64,000 nucleotides of DNA from a virus: the IMG/VR virus record IMGVR_UViG_3300046171_000155; one strand, written 5' to 3'. The notes under the pieces were generated by a model, which saw only the letters and a list, made by a program, of their open reading frames with translations, was not told the origin of the DNA and searched no databases. Shown here piece by piece: positions 28,035 through 37,545 of the stretch. Every line of letters starts with the position of its first letter. The stretch's first letter is position 1. Made by a program: the position numbers and the translations under genes.

Positions 28035-28820
28035 TTACTCGTTGTCTACCAAAATAATATCAAATGTTGCTGACACTTGAGTATGTTGACCCGCCACGAC
28101 ATCCACTTTGATGTCAGTCATTTCTGGAACGACTAATGGTACTGGGTATTCAATATCCAGACTTTGACCGCCCGCAGCATTTAAGTTTGCTTTGATTCGG
28201 AATACACCGCCGTCAGTAACTTCACGACAAAACAAACGATATGTCATACGCGAGTTAGTGGATGCTTTGTCGGAACCCAAGTGAAGTCCCAGAATGTAAC
28301 CAGTCTTTCCCGCCGGTACTGTGTATGTTGCCATCAAAGTCTGACCTAGACCAGCGAGAATCTTAGCCGCGAGATCACCGCCTTGATTAATTGTAACATC
28401 GCTTGCGTTGGTAGTAGTAGACATCTTGCATCGGAATACACGAGAGAATGTTAGAGTACCTGTCGCGCCGATAGCAATCGTCTCACTCTGTAGATTATAG
28501 TCTGCGTCTAGACCGTCAACGATCACATCTTCACCAACCTGTGTTAGAGAAGATATGGAAACTAGACCAGCGTCTGGGTATGGGTATGCAACATCGTCAT
28601 CATTACCATCCCAAACAGTTCCTTCTGTCACATCTCCGTCGGTCGCACCAAATTTGTTAATATGTGCGTAACCAGATACATCACCGGCTGCGATTGGGAT
28701 GTTACTTGCCGCGCCAGAGGTGTTTAGGATGTTGCCATCTTTGTCGGCAATCATTACGACTTCGTGAATGTCATTGCGTTTGTTTAGGTGTCTTCCCCTA
28801 CCTACACTATATTGTGCCAT
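28035..28820 (-). CDS. Hypothetical, probably virion-associated protein
   Basis: Beta-rich 261-aa ORF (IAAGDVSGYAHINKFG, YTVPAGKTGY) in a late transcription unit. Confidence 0.55.
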   Translation of the reverse strand: MAQYSVGRGRHLNKRNDIHEVVMIADKDGNILNTSGAASNIPIAAGDVSGYAHINKFGATDGDVTEGTVWDGNDDDVAYPYPDAGLVSISSLTQVGEDVIVDGLDADYNLQSETIAIGATGTLTFSRVFRCKMSTTTNASDVTINQGGDLAAKILAGLGQTLMATYTVPAGKTGYILGLHLGSDKASTNSRMTYRLFCREVTDGGVFRIKANLNAAGGQSLDIEYPVPLVVPEMTDIKVDVVAGQHTQVSATFDIILVDNE

Positions 28821-28830
28821 AATATGATCC

Positions 28831-29295
28831 TTAGATTAGTTCGTATTCAGTAAATCTGAATGTAGCGTCAAAGTTAAGATATGTGACATCGCCTGCAGTA
28901 GACGTTAGTTCGATGTTCCCTACTTGCGTAGGAATACAGTCTTTGTATTTGATAGTCACATTAGAGTTATTGTGACTTGTGAGGATAATCACTTGAATAT
29001 CGTGATGTGTCGTTTCTTTTGTGCCGTAAGTAATACCTTCCAACCACTCAAGAACTTCCTTGTAACACTCAAGATCTTCGTCTAGGATGAGACTAATAGT
29101 GAGTTCGCCATAGTTGATAGTGTCTGGTGGCAAAGGCAATCTTTGAACACGAGGCACTGCCATCTCAGCAGAAGTACCAGTAGCGCCAGGATGTGATACT
29201 GTATGCGCAAAAAACTTTAGATTGCCGAACGCACGTTCTATGATAACACAGAATCCCGTAGGTTGCAAAAAGTTTTTGTTAGGTGTTAGGTCCAT
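28831..29295 (-). CDS. gp3: Tail completion/tube terminator, gp3-like
   Basis: NFLQPTGF, LILDEDLECYKEVLEWL, DCIPTQVGNIEL; between gp23 and uvsY. Confidence 0.75.
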   Translation of the reverse strand: MDLTPNKNFLQPTGFCVIIERAFGNLKFFAHTVSHPGATGTSAEMAVPRVQRLPLPPDTINYGELTISLILDEDLECYKEVLEWLEGITYGTKETTHHDIQVIILTSHNNSNVTIKYKDCIPTQVGNIELTSTAGDVTYLNFDATFRFTEYELI

Positions 29296-29316
29296 AATAT
29301 ATCCTCTTAGTCACTT

Positions 29317-29324
29317 TATTTATA
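29317..29324 (-). promoter_or_regulatory. Late promoter TATAAATA
   Basis: Exact match upstream of gp3. Confidence 0.8.
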
Positions 29325-29329
29325 CGCAT

Positions 29330-29355
29330 AAAAAAAGGGAGTCCGAAGACTCCCC
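29330..29355 (-). terminator. Intrinsic terminator after gp23 with cUUCGg tetraloop
   Basis: GGGAGTC-TTCG-GACTCCC followed by T7. Confidence 0.9.
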
Positions 29356-29383
29356 AAAATGACTAGTAGACTAGTTCTTTTTA

Positions 29384-30706
29384 TTATGCCTTGTCTAGGA
29401 TGTTGTCTACACGGAAGATACGGTAGTACTGGTTTACACCCTTAGTTGCATCGATGTCGCTAGTTGGGTTGTCTGTGACGAATGGGTTTGCTGCCATGCC
29501 GTAACGAGTCTTGAAACCAATCTTAGGCTGGAACGTGTTCTCAGCGACTGCTTTCATCATCTGTAGTGGGACGTATGGGCAGTAGAACATACCTGCGTCA
29601 TATGCGTTTGTTCCCTTATAACCTACAGTTACGTAATCAACGTCTGCGTATGGGTCGATAAAGACACGGATACGACCGTTGATTGTACCAGCGAATGTGT
29701 TACCTGTTGTATCAACAGTTAGACCAGCGCCTGGCTGATAGTCTAGTGAACCAGCAGCTGCAAGTGCAGTTGCAACATCAGCAGAACAAACTACGATGTT
29801 ACCCTTACCGCGACGTGTGTCCTTCGCAATTGCGTTTGCTTCACGTTCGATCTGCATTGCAAGAGCCTTGAACTTCTCTGCTGACCAACGACCGTCTGCG
29901 TCTGTAGAGATATCAAAGATACCGCCACCAGATGTCGCAGAAGCGACGTTAGATGTTTGTGCACCTAGTACCGCCTGACCGTTGATTGTACGAATGATTT
30001 CGCGGTTGATTTCAGCAAGAATCTCTGTAGACAGAATGTTTGCTAGTTCTGTCTCAGCGTCAAGACCGTGGATTGCTTTCAAGTCTTGCGCTAGTTCTAG
30101 AGAGTACTCTGCCTTCAATGCGCGTGACTTAGCAGTAACAGTCGCCTTGTCGATCGAGAAACCCATCTCTTGGAACGCTTGATCCGTTGGACCACCACGA
30201 CCTAGAGTCTCAGCTTCTTGTGTTGACATTGGACGACCAGCAAGATCTAGTTCACGTGGAGTTACAGCATCGAATCCAGACATGCCTGAACCGTCTTCTG
30301 GTTGATCTAGAGTTCCACCTAGACCTGAGAAACGAGTTTCAACTTCGTCGAAGAATGTTTCTGGACCAGACATTCCGTTGTAACGTGACTTCATCGCGAA
30401 GATTAGACCAGTTGGTCCTGCCATTGGCTGGACACCACATAGGTCATATGCCATTAGGTTTGGCATTGCGCGACGTACTAGTGAGATTAGAACTGGATCC
30501 CAGTTCGCGATCTGACCGCCAGTTGCGTTAGTTGGTGCTTCTGTTAGAAAACCTTGCATTGAAGCGCGCTCTTCCATTAGAGCTTTTTCTTGGTTTTCTA
30601 GGACGGCAGCAGTTACTGCCTTACGTAGTGGATCAGTGATCTTGCCAGCAGATTCTTCGTTAAGTACTGGTGACCACTTCTCAATCAATGTATCGAATGA
30701 TTGCAT
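29384..30706 (-). CDS. gp23: Major capsid protein gp23
   Basis: LISLVRRAMPNL, GVQPMAGPTGLIFAM, KSRALKAEYSLELAQDLKAIHGLDAE, FQPKIGFKTRYG. Confidence 0.98.
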   Translation of the reverse strand: MQSFDTLIEKWSPVLNEESAGKITDPLRKAVTAAVLENQEKALMEERASMQGFLTEAPTNATGGQIANWDPVLISLVRRAMPNLMAYDLCGVQPMAGPTGLIFAMKSRYNGMSGPETFFDEVETRFSGLGGTLDQPEDGSGMSGFDAVTPRELDLAGRPMSTQEAETLGRGGPTDQAFQEMGFSIDKATVTAKSRALKAEYSLELAQDLKAIHGLDAETELANILSTEILAEINREIIRTINGQAVLGAQTSNVASATSGGGIFDISTDADGRWSAEKFKALAMQIEREANAIAKDTRRGKGNIVVCSADVATALAAAGSLDYQPGAGLTVDTTGNTFAGTINGRIRVFIDPYADVDYVTVGYKGTNAYDAGMFYCPYVPLQMMKAVAENTFQPKIGFKTRYGMAANPFVTDNPTSDIDATKGVNQYYRIFRVDNILDKA

Positions 30707-30717
30707 TTTACTATTCC

Positions 30718-31735
30718 TTATTGCTTAGTGGTTTTACGAAGAGCGTGTAGGTAATTCTCCATTACAGATGAAACCTCTACTTCTTCCTCTGTCGTTTCTT
30801 CGACAGATTCTTCAAGTTGCTCTGGGATTTCTTTTGAGAAGTATGATTCCTTGACAGTGTTAACTTTCGCAACGAAAGATTCTTCGTTCTCGAAGTCAAC
30901 GCTTTCTAGGAGACCCTTTAGCTTCTCCGCTTGTGTATCTGCTAAATCACGTGATGCCTCAGCGATGATAGTGTTACGCTTGTAAGTCTCTAGTTCCTCA
31001 GCAAGTGAAATTGCATCACCAGTAGTTGCGTTTAGCTTTTCTTCTAATTCGCTTACTTGTTCTGCTAGTTCATCAACTAGGTCGACCTTAGTCTCTGGAA
31101 CTTCAACATATGACTCAACGAATAGATCACGCATACCGTTCATGAAACCTTCAGCGATTTCGGTACGTAGACCAGCTTCGATTGCCACCTTGTTTTCTTC
31201 CATCCAAGTTTCAACCACGTAGTTTAGGTATGAATCAACCTTACCGACTAGATCGGTCTTGATTGTTTCGACTTCTTCAGCAAGCTCTTCTGCGTACTGT
31301 TCCTCTAAACGAGTAACTTCTTCAGATAACTTAGTCTTGACCGCAGTCTCAAAAATGATTGCAGTCTTCTCCTTGAACTCTTCAGATAGAGTCGCTTCAC
31401 CTTCAACGATTGCAGATAGTTCTGCGCCTGTGTCTAGTTCTGCAACATCTTCTAGGTCAACGCCTTCGCATCTTGTCATAAGCAGCTTGAACATCTGCCT
31501 TAGTAGATGTCATTAGCTTATTATGCATTGCGTTGATCATTCCCGCCTTGGTTTTTGGTGGGGTAGCCTTTGGAGCAGCTTTCGCAGCCTTGTCTACCGA
31601 AGCAATTGCTTCTGGCTCAGTGACTGCATCTTTGTTTTCTGGAGCTGCTTCTTCGAGAGTTTCCTCCACGATTTCGTTAGTTTCAATCTCGGTATCGCGG
31701 ATTTCACTTTCTACTGCTTGATTTAAATCAGTCAT
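30718..31735 (-). CDS. gp22: Prohead core scaffold gp22, apparent frameshift near 31470
   Basis: LSEEFKEKTAIIFETAV, KVDSYLNYVVETWMEEN; the N-terminal part (31457-31735) is in another frame. Confidence 0.85.
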
Positions 31736-31745
31736 AGTGACTCCT

Positions 31746-32409
31746 TTATAGTTTAGATTTGATTAACGAGAGGAAATTCTTGAATTCACGAATCTGCACT
31801 TCAGGACGATGTGTGATAGGTGCTTGCTTAATTTCAGTCTCTATATCTTCAATAGCTTGAGGTTCTAAGATTCCATTATTCCAGACCCAATCTACACCTT
31901 CCATAATCCCATTAACAAATGCTTCAGGTGCTGATGGATCTTGCACGATATCTACCGTATTAAGAATAAAATCATCTTTGACGTACATTACGCCGTTTCT
32001 GCTCTCAAGACTTCCCATTCCACGAGTTGACACACCTAGTTGAACACCACCTTCTAAGAGACCTTTCACTATCTTGCCCATTGGGGTATCCAATATTTGT
32101 GCCTTTCCAACCACATCATTGCCTTCAAATCGAAGATCAGTAATAAGGTGAGAAACTTTATCCAAGTTAACAGTCGGACCTTCAGGGTGATTGAGTTCCC
32201 CGACAGCACGCTTTTTGCTAACTTGATCTTTCAACGTACGTGTCTACTGCCTTCTCCATAATTGGTTTAGGGTAGAACACGACCGTTACGATTCTTTTTG
32301 TCTGCCTGAGCGAATACACCTTCAATGACGAAAGTTCTTATCACCATTCTCTTTGGCTTCAACGATGCATTGTAAAGTCGTTTTCTACGAATTCGCTAAT
32401 CAGTTTCAT
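31746..32409 (-). CDS. gp21: Prohead protease gp21, with four apparent single-base insertions in the 5' part
   Basis: GELNHP, GVSTRGMGSL, DIVQDPSAP; N-terminus MKLISEFVEN...IEGVFAQAD.KNRNGR.YP recoverable by removing the extra Ts. Confidence 0.9.
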
Positions 32410-32606
32410 TTTATTTTCCTAAGTCCTTGAGGACTTGCTTTCGCGGTTGACTCCGCTTCTTTTTGTGATTTGAAAGTATCGACCTTGTCACCATCTATCG
32501 TCAACTCGAACCCTTTTGAGGTCTTTGTGATAACGACAGGGTATCCACCCATCTTCTTTTTGAAGACTGGTTTAGATGATTCTCTTAATTGTCGAAAAGT
32601 TTTCAT
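32406..32606 (-). CDS. Small hypothetical head-cluster protein
   Basis: MKTFRQLRES...; GAGGTG SD and late promoter; the C-terminus probably has a 1-nt insertion. Confidence 0.6.
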   Translation of the reverse strand: MKTFRQLRESSKPVFKKKMGGYPVVITKTSKGFELTIDGDKVDTFKSQKEAESTAKASPQGLRKIK

Positions 32607-32624
32607 ACCACCTCTCTTTTGTAG

Positions 32625-32632
32625 TATTTATA
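32625..32632 (-). promoter_or_regulatory. Late promoter TATAAATA
   Basis: Exact match upstream of the gp21-22-23 unit. Confidence 0.8.
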
Positions 32633-32659
32633 CAAAAAAATTTTTTAACTGACATTTAG

Positions 32660-33313
32660 CTATAACTTTATCTTTTTATAGCGTCTTTTTGTGCTTCCCC
32701 ACATCTGTTCAGCATATATTTTATCATCACCTTTGTATGGTGTTGATCGAATCGAGTAATGTTTTGGTATCAAATAATGCGACGGCCAAATAATTAATTT
32801 ATGTTGTTCTTTGTTCGGTACAAACTTAGACAACCAAGCATTACCTGTACTTTTCCAAGGAGCTGGTTGCAGTTGATTTGCAGGCAGTTTATGTAAAGTA
32901 TCTATCAATAGTTTAACAAAAGTGTTTCCTGCATTACATGCCATAATTGGAGAGATATAGTTAGGTGCAAGGTGTTTGTCACGATCATTTTCATATACAC
33001 TGTATGCATGATCTGGCGGACTCGTAAATAACTCATCCGTATTGTGTAAACACACTGCATCTGCTGGGGGTAAAAACCCTCCTCCTTCATATAGCAGTTC
33101 GTATCGAATCAGATCAGCAACGCCTGCCCAAGTACCTCTTCTATAATATTCGTCAATTAGATGTTGATTATGCCACTTGCGCGACTTTAACATCTCATCT
33201 GTGAATACCATATACTCCCAATCTGGATGTTTCTCCTTCCAAGTATTCATCCAATCTAAAGGTGGTTCATAAGGTCCTATCCAAATATGAACCATTCTTT
33301 TAGTGAGGTTCAT
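32660..33313 (-). CDS. Glycosyltransferase, GT32/OCH1-like
   Basis: HIWIG, WKEKHPDWEY, ADLIRYELLYEGGG, STG. Confidence 0.75.
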   Translation of the reverse strand: MNLTKRMVHIWIGPYEPPLDWMNTWKEKHPDWEYMVFTDEMLKSRKWHNQHLIDEYYRRGTWAGVADLIRYELLYEGGGFLPPADAVCLHNTDELFTSPPDHAYSVYENDRDKHLAPNYISPIMACNAGNTFVKLLIDTLHKLPANQLQPAPWKSTGNAWLSKFVPNKEQHKLIIWPSHYLIPKHYSIRSTPYKGDDKIYAEQMWGSTKRRYKKIKL

Positions 33314-33314
33314 A

Positions 33315-33689
33315 TTACTCTACTTCGATAAAATCGTCTATCTCATCGAGATTTATGTCCTCGATTTCTTCTAATTCAGAAGTAACCTCAGAGTCGTCTT
33401 CACCGAACTCTTCTGCTTCTGAACCGTATTCTACATCCTCAACGCCGTCTTCTTCATATTCTTCAGCGTCATATGGTTCTTCACCGTTGAAGATTTGACC
33501 TGCGACTGCGACTTTCTCTGCGTCAAGTGTGTCTTGTACTTTAGCGCCTAGTGTGTCTTGGAACAATTGGTCTGCCGCATTGAAGTCCCCTCGTTGTAAC
33601 GCATTGATAAGATCAAGCGCAGGGTTAGACTCTGCTTCGACTTCTGTTTCTAGTTCTAGTTCTAGGTCTAGGTTTTCTGCTTCACTCAT
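33315..33689 (-). CDS. Acidic prohead core protein (gp67-like by position)
   Basis: Very acidic, immediately downstream of the portal gene. Confidence 0.55.
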   Translation of the reverse strand: MSEAENLDLELELETEVEAESNPALDLINALQRGDFNAADQLFQDTLGAKVQDTLDAEKVAVAGQIFNGEEPYDAEEYEEDGVEDVEYGSEAEEFGEDDSEVTSELEEIEDINLDEIDDFIEVE

Positions 33690-33697
33690 AATTTTTC

Positions 33698-35218
33698 TCA
33701 CTGTTCATTGTCATTTTCATTTTCACCACCGCCAGACGCTTCTGTCTCGACGTTGATTTGTTTGATCATTTCTTCGATGTCTTTCTCATCGAACATCATT
33801 ACATTCTTCATAATCCATGTACGAGAGAAGTACTCGCCCACATATTGTGAAATCTGATCCATTGTTTGTAGACGTTCACGTAATAGTTCTGCGTCTTTCA
33901 GTTCTGAGAAGTGGTTGTCGCGATTATAGTCGACCTGTATCTCATTCTTCCAAGACTCCCAGTCTTGTTCGGTACAGATACCTTTTAGTAGGCATTGCTT
34001 CTTTAGAATGCCAAGGAATAGGTTTGCAAACTTCTGACGAAGACGATCGATAAACTTCTGGAACTTCACTTCGTCTCGTGTAATCTCGGTTGAACGTCCT
34101 AGGGAGAACTGCGCTTCTTGCTCTAGCCTGTTGATCGGTACGTTCAGTGAACGATATAACTTCTTTTGAAAATAAATGATGTCATCGATCTGACCAAGGT
34201 TTTCACCGCCTGGTAGAGTACTGATCTCTGTTCCTCGACCGCCTTCGCGACGTGGTAACCAGAAGTCTTCTAGCATAGACATATGCTTGCGATCGTCTTT
34301 TATTTCGCCAGTGTTTGCATCATAGACAACCTTGTTGCGATAACGCGCCATGATGTCTTTGATATGTTGCTCTGATTTACCTTTTGGTAAGTTACCGACA
34401 TCGATATAGAAGATGCGGCGTTCAGGTGCACGTGCCATACGATAGATGACCAAAGAGTCTTCCATCATACGTAATTGATTCATTGGTTTGATTGCTTTTT
34501 GCAAGTAAGAAAGGACTCTCTTCTTGCTAGGGTCAAGCAGACCCGAAGTGACATACGAAATAGATTCCGGTGTCAATTTGATACCATTACTTGTACCAGC
34601 CTTTTCTTGATATAGGTAAAACTCATTTACTTTATCTACAAGTTTTGCGCCAGTTTTAGGATCTTTTTTGTGTGTAACTTCTTTGACTTTGCGGATCTTA
34701 GTTGCGTCAACAGGACGAATCTCTAAGATACCCGACTTTAGATTAGATTCATTGACGACCAAATGGTGATACATTCTGCCATCTACATACCACGACCTAA
34801 AAATATCATGACCGTGTTCTTCAAAGTTTAGCATTCCAAGAATGCCTTCAAACTCTTCTGTCAATACTTTTTTGATTTTGTCGCTGGTTTCAACTTTGTC
34901 TAGGTTTAGAGAAACTGCAGATTCTAGTTCTCCAGAGACAACAGACTCATTGATGATATCTTCAATAGCAGCGTCACACTCTGGGTGTTCTGCCATCGCA
35001 CGATATTTTCGGATGAGTTCTGAAGTGTCTTTGGCTGCAGTGCCTTCCATATCGACATACTGACCAAAGTAAGAACCTGAGGCAGTCACATATCCCGCAC
35101 CATCCTCATCTACGCGAGGTACAATAGAAGGTGCTTTTGGATTCTCTTCTTGTTGTCTTGATACTCGTTTCAGTTCAAAACCGAATGCCGATAGAATACT
35201 GTTATTTGGTTCTGCCAT
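33698..35218 (-). CDS. gp20: Portal protein gp20
   Basis: FRSWYVDGR, YRMARAPERRIFYIDVGNLPK, EDFWLPRREGGRGTEI, EITRDEVKF. Confidence 0.97.
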   Translation of the reverse strand: MAEPNNSILSAFGFELKRVSRQQEENPKAPSIVPRVDEDGAGYVTASGSYFGQYVDMEGTAAKDTSELIRKYRAMAEHPECDAAIEDIINESVVSGELESAVSLNLDKVETSDKIKKVLTEEFEGILGMLNFEEHGHDIFRSWYVDGRMYHHLVVNESNLKSGILEIRPVDATKIRKVKEVTHKKDPKTGAKLVDKVNEFYLYQEKAGTSNGIKLTPESISYVTSGLLDPSKKRVLSYLQKAIKPMNQLRMMEDSLVIYRMARAPERRIFYIDVGNLPKGKSEQHIKDIMARYRNKVVYDANTGEIKDDRKHMSMLEDFWLPRREGGRGTEISTLPGGENLGQIDDIIYFQKKLYRSLNVPINRLEQEAQFSLGRSTEITRDEVKFQKFIDRLRQKFANLFLGILKKQCLLKGICTEQDWESWKNEIQVDYNRDNHFSELKDAELLRERLQTMDQISQYVGEYFSRTWIMKNVMMFDEKDIEEMIKQINVETEASGGGENENDNEQ

Positions 35219-35232
35219 ATAATCCTCTAAAA

Positions 35233-35263
35233 CAAAAATGGGGGTGGTGTTACCCACCCCATC
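35233..35263 (-). terminator. Intrinsic terminator after gp19
   Basis: GGGGTGG-GTAACA-CCACCCC stem followed by T-rich tail. Confidence 0.7.
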
Positions 35264-35281
35264 ACATTACTTATTATACCA

Positions 35282-35806
35282 TTAACTTGTGGTATTTGAC
35301 TCCCAATATTGAACTTGGAATTCTACTGTGAACTCTTCGATAGCGTCGTTAGTCTCATAACTTAGGTCAATTGCAGAGATGTTAGTCGGGAAACAACCAC
35401 GGAAGTTGTATGTCTTAACTACATCACCATCTTTATCTAGTTGATCTACAATTAGGTCTGCCTGATATGCAACTGGGTTAGTGATACCTACGTTCGCGCT
35501 GTGCGAGTTGATACCGTTCATCCAACGTTCCATTGCGTTACGAACTTCGAAACCTACATCATTGATGACTGTTACAGTCCATGGTTCGAAAGTACGATCT
35601 CCTGCGATCTTCAACTGACGTCCACGGAAAGGGACTTCGATAACATTCATTACAGATGCAGGCAACTGTGCGCCTTTGCACATGAATGAAGTTAGTTCGG
35701 CATCACCACCAGCGTATGCTGGAAAGTTGACTGTTGCACGGAACAGATTAGGACGAGCGCCACCACCACGGATTTTTGCTTTGAAATCATCTACTCTTAG
35801 TGACAT
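35282..35806 (-). CDS. gp19: Tail tube protein gp19
   Basis: GGARPNLF, FRGRQLKIAGDRTFEPWTVTVIND, IEEFTVEF. Confidence 0.96.
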   Translation of the reverse strand: MSLRVDDFKAKIRGGGARPNLFRATVNFPAYAGGDAELTSFMCKGAQLPASVMNVIEVPFRGRQLKIAGDRTFEPWTVTVINDVGFEVRNAMERWMNGINSHSANVGITNPVAYQADLIVDQLDKDGDVVKTYNFRGCFPTNISAIDLSYETNDAIEEFTVEFQVQYWESNTTS

Positions 35807-35808
35807 GA

Positions 35809-37461
35809 TTATACTCCCGATGTTCCGACGACTTCTTCAAAGTCAACACCAGATCGAACCGCTACGAAGTTTAGAGTTACGTAGTTGATAGATCGTGCTG
35901 GTTTGATGAAGCAAGATGCGACGAATTCGTTACGGTCAATAACTTCTGTCGTGTTGTTTGTTGTGTCACAAACAAGACGGAAGTCAGTGATACCGCGACG
36001 ACCCTGAATTTCACGTAGGAATGGTTCTACGATGTTAACGAACTCTGCACGAGTAAAGTCATCGTTGAACTCAAACATAACGTTTTGTGCTGCTTCTGCG
36101 ATCGCACGTTCAATGACTAGGAATAGACGACGAACGTTGATGCGGTCAAATGCAGATGGACGTGATAGGTGAGTCTTGTCACCGTAAAGCATAATACCTT
36201 GGCCTGGGAAGCTAACGATTGGGTTAACACCTGCCTTGTATAGTGCATCACGCTGAGACTTAGATGGGTTGATTGCAATATCAGTAACGCCAATGTATTG
36301 ACCGCGACGTGAACCTGCTGGCGAGAACCAAGGCGCGGATGCCGCGTCGGTTGCAGCCATGATACCTGCAGTTGAAGATGCTGCTGGAATTGTTATGTAC
36401 TTATCGTTATACTTGTCATAAATCTTCAACCAGTTACCATCGACAACTAGGTACGATGAATTCTGATTTAGTGCTGTAACATGATCAAGTACATCTTGTG
36501 CCGTTGAAGGAGCAGTGCCTGATGAAACGACCGCAACACAGTCTTTACGTTGTTCTGCGATACTAACCAATTCTACTTGAACAGCAGTGTCTGTCATCTT
36601 TTGGCCTGGCGGAATCAAGAAGTCGATCTGAATCGTATCTTTGTCAGCAAATAGACCGTATGCCGCAACAAAGTTTGGTGAAGTTCCGTTAGATCCGCTG
36701 ATTAGAGTGTAGTCTGTTTTTGCAGGTAGACCGTCAATCTCAATCCATGAAGATGATGTATTGATAACATCTACGATGTAGTTAGTAGAACCGTTAGCCA
36801 GTTTTGCTGTCGGACTTGTCGATACGTACTCATACGTTTCGAGTACAGATTCTTCGTCAGTGCCCTTCTTGAAAATAACAACGACATGTCTCTCAGAACC
36901 TTCTGGTGCTGAAGAGAAAAGGTCTTGATATTCCCACGAATCAGTACTTGCATCTACCATCACAGGAACTTCCTGTGTCACAGGCGCACCGTCTGAATCA
37001 AGTACAGGCGCGCCGTCTGAGTCAAGTACAGGAACAGTTTCAAAAACAAGTTCACCGTCTGAGTCTCTATCTTGGACTAGAGTGTCTGAAGTATCTGCCC
37101 AATGATCGGCATCACAAACGTGAACTGAAACTGAGTTACCTAGTTCGCCTGGATATTTTGCAGAAAATACACCGTCAGTTGCCGTAGTAGATCCATTGCC
37201 TACACGAACAACAAACGCGCTTGAAGAATATTTTAGGAATTGCGCGACTGATAAAAAGTCTGCCGCATCACTTCCTGATAAAGGAGTCCCGAAAGTGGAC
37301 GCGAGTTCTGATTCGTTACCGACAAGAACTGGCGTGTTTACAGGGCCCCAACCGAAGTCACCTACAAAGGCACCCGTTGAAGATGTGACCGCAGGGACAA
37401 TCCCTGACAAGTCGATCTCACGGATACGTACTGCTGGTGACTCTGAAAATTTAAGAGCCAT
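35809..37461 (-). CDS. gp18: Tail sheath protein gp18
   Basis: SPAVRIREIDL, PWFSPAGSRRG, SAFDRINVRRLFL, IKPARSINYVTLNFVA. Confidence 0.96.
   Translation of the reverse strand: MALKFSESPAVRIREIDLSGIVPAVTSSTGAFVGDFGWGPVNTPVLVGNESELASTFGTPLSGSDAADFLSVAQFLKYSSSAFVVRVGNGSTTATDGVFSAKYPGELGNSVSVHVCDADHWADTSDTLVQDRDSDGELVFETVPVLDSDGAPVLDSDGAPVTQEVPVMVDASTDSWEYQDLFSSAPEGSERHVVVIFKKGTDEESVLETYEYVSTSPTAKLANGSTNYIVDVINTSSSWIEIDGLPAKTDYTLISGSNGTSPNFVAAYGLFADKDTIQIDFLIPPGQKMTDTAVQVELVSIAEQRKDCVAVVSSGTAPSTAQDVLDHVTALNQNSSYLVVDGNWLKIYDKYNDKYITIPAASSTAGIMAATDAASAPWFSPAGSRRGQYIGVTDIAINPSKSQRDALYKAGVNPIVSFPGQGIMLYGDKTHLSRPSAFDRINVRRLFLVIERAIAEAAQNVMFEFNDDFTRAEFVNIVEPFLREIQGRRGITDFRLVCDTTNNTTEVIDRNEFVASCFIKPARSINYVTLNFVAVRSGVDFEEVVGTSGV
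36980..37032. repeat. 24-bp tandem repeat inside gp18 (PVLDSDGA x2)
   Basis: acaggcgcaccgtctgaatcaagt / acaggcgcgccgtctgagtcaagt. Confidence 0.8.
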
Positions 37462-37525
37462 AATAGTTTCCTTTTGTTAAGGTATAATAAGAAGTCATAA
37501 TACGAGATAATTCTATCAATGTATC

Positions 37526-37533
37526 TATTTATA
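37526..37533 (-). promoter_or_regulatory. Late promoter TATAAATA
   Basis: Exact match upstream of gp18. Confidence 0.8.
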
Positions 37534-37545
37534 ATAACGCGATTT

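Noticed and set aside
30718-32409. gp21 and gp22 as pseudogenes
   Set aside because: Essential genes with otherwise intact sequence; the indels are clustered and typical of read errors
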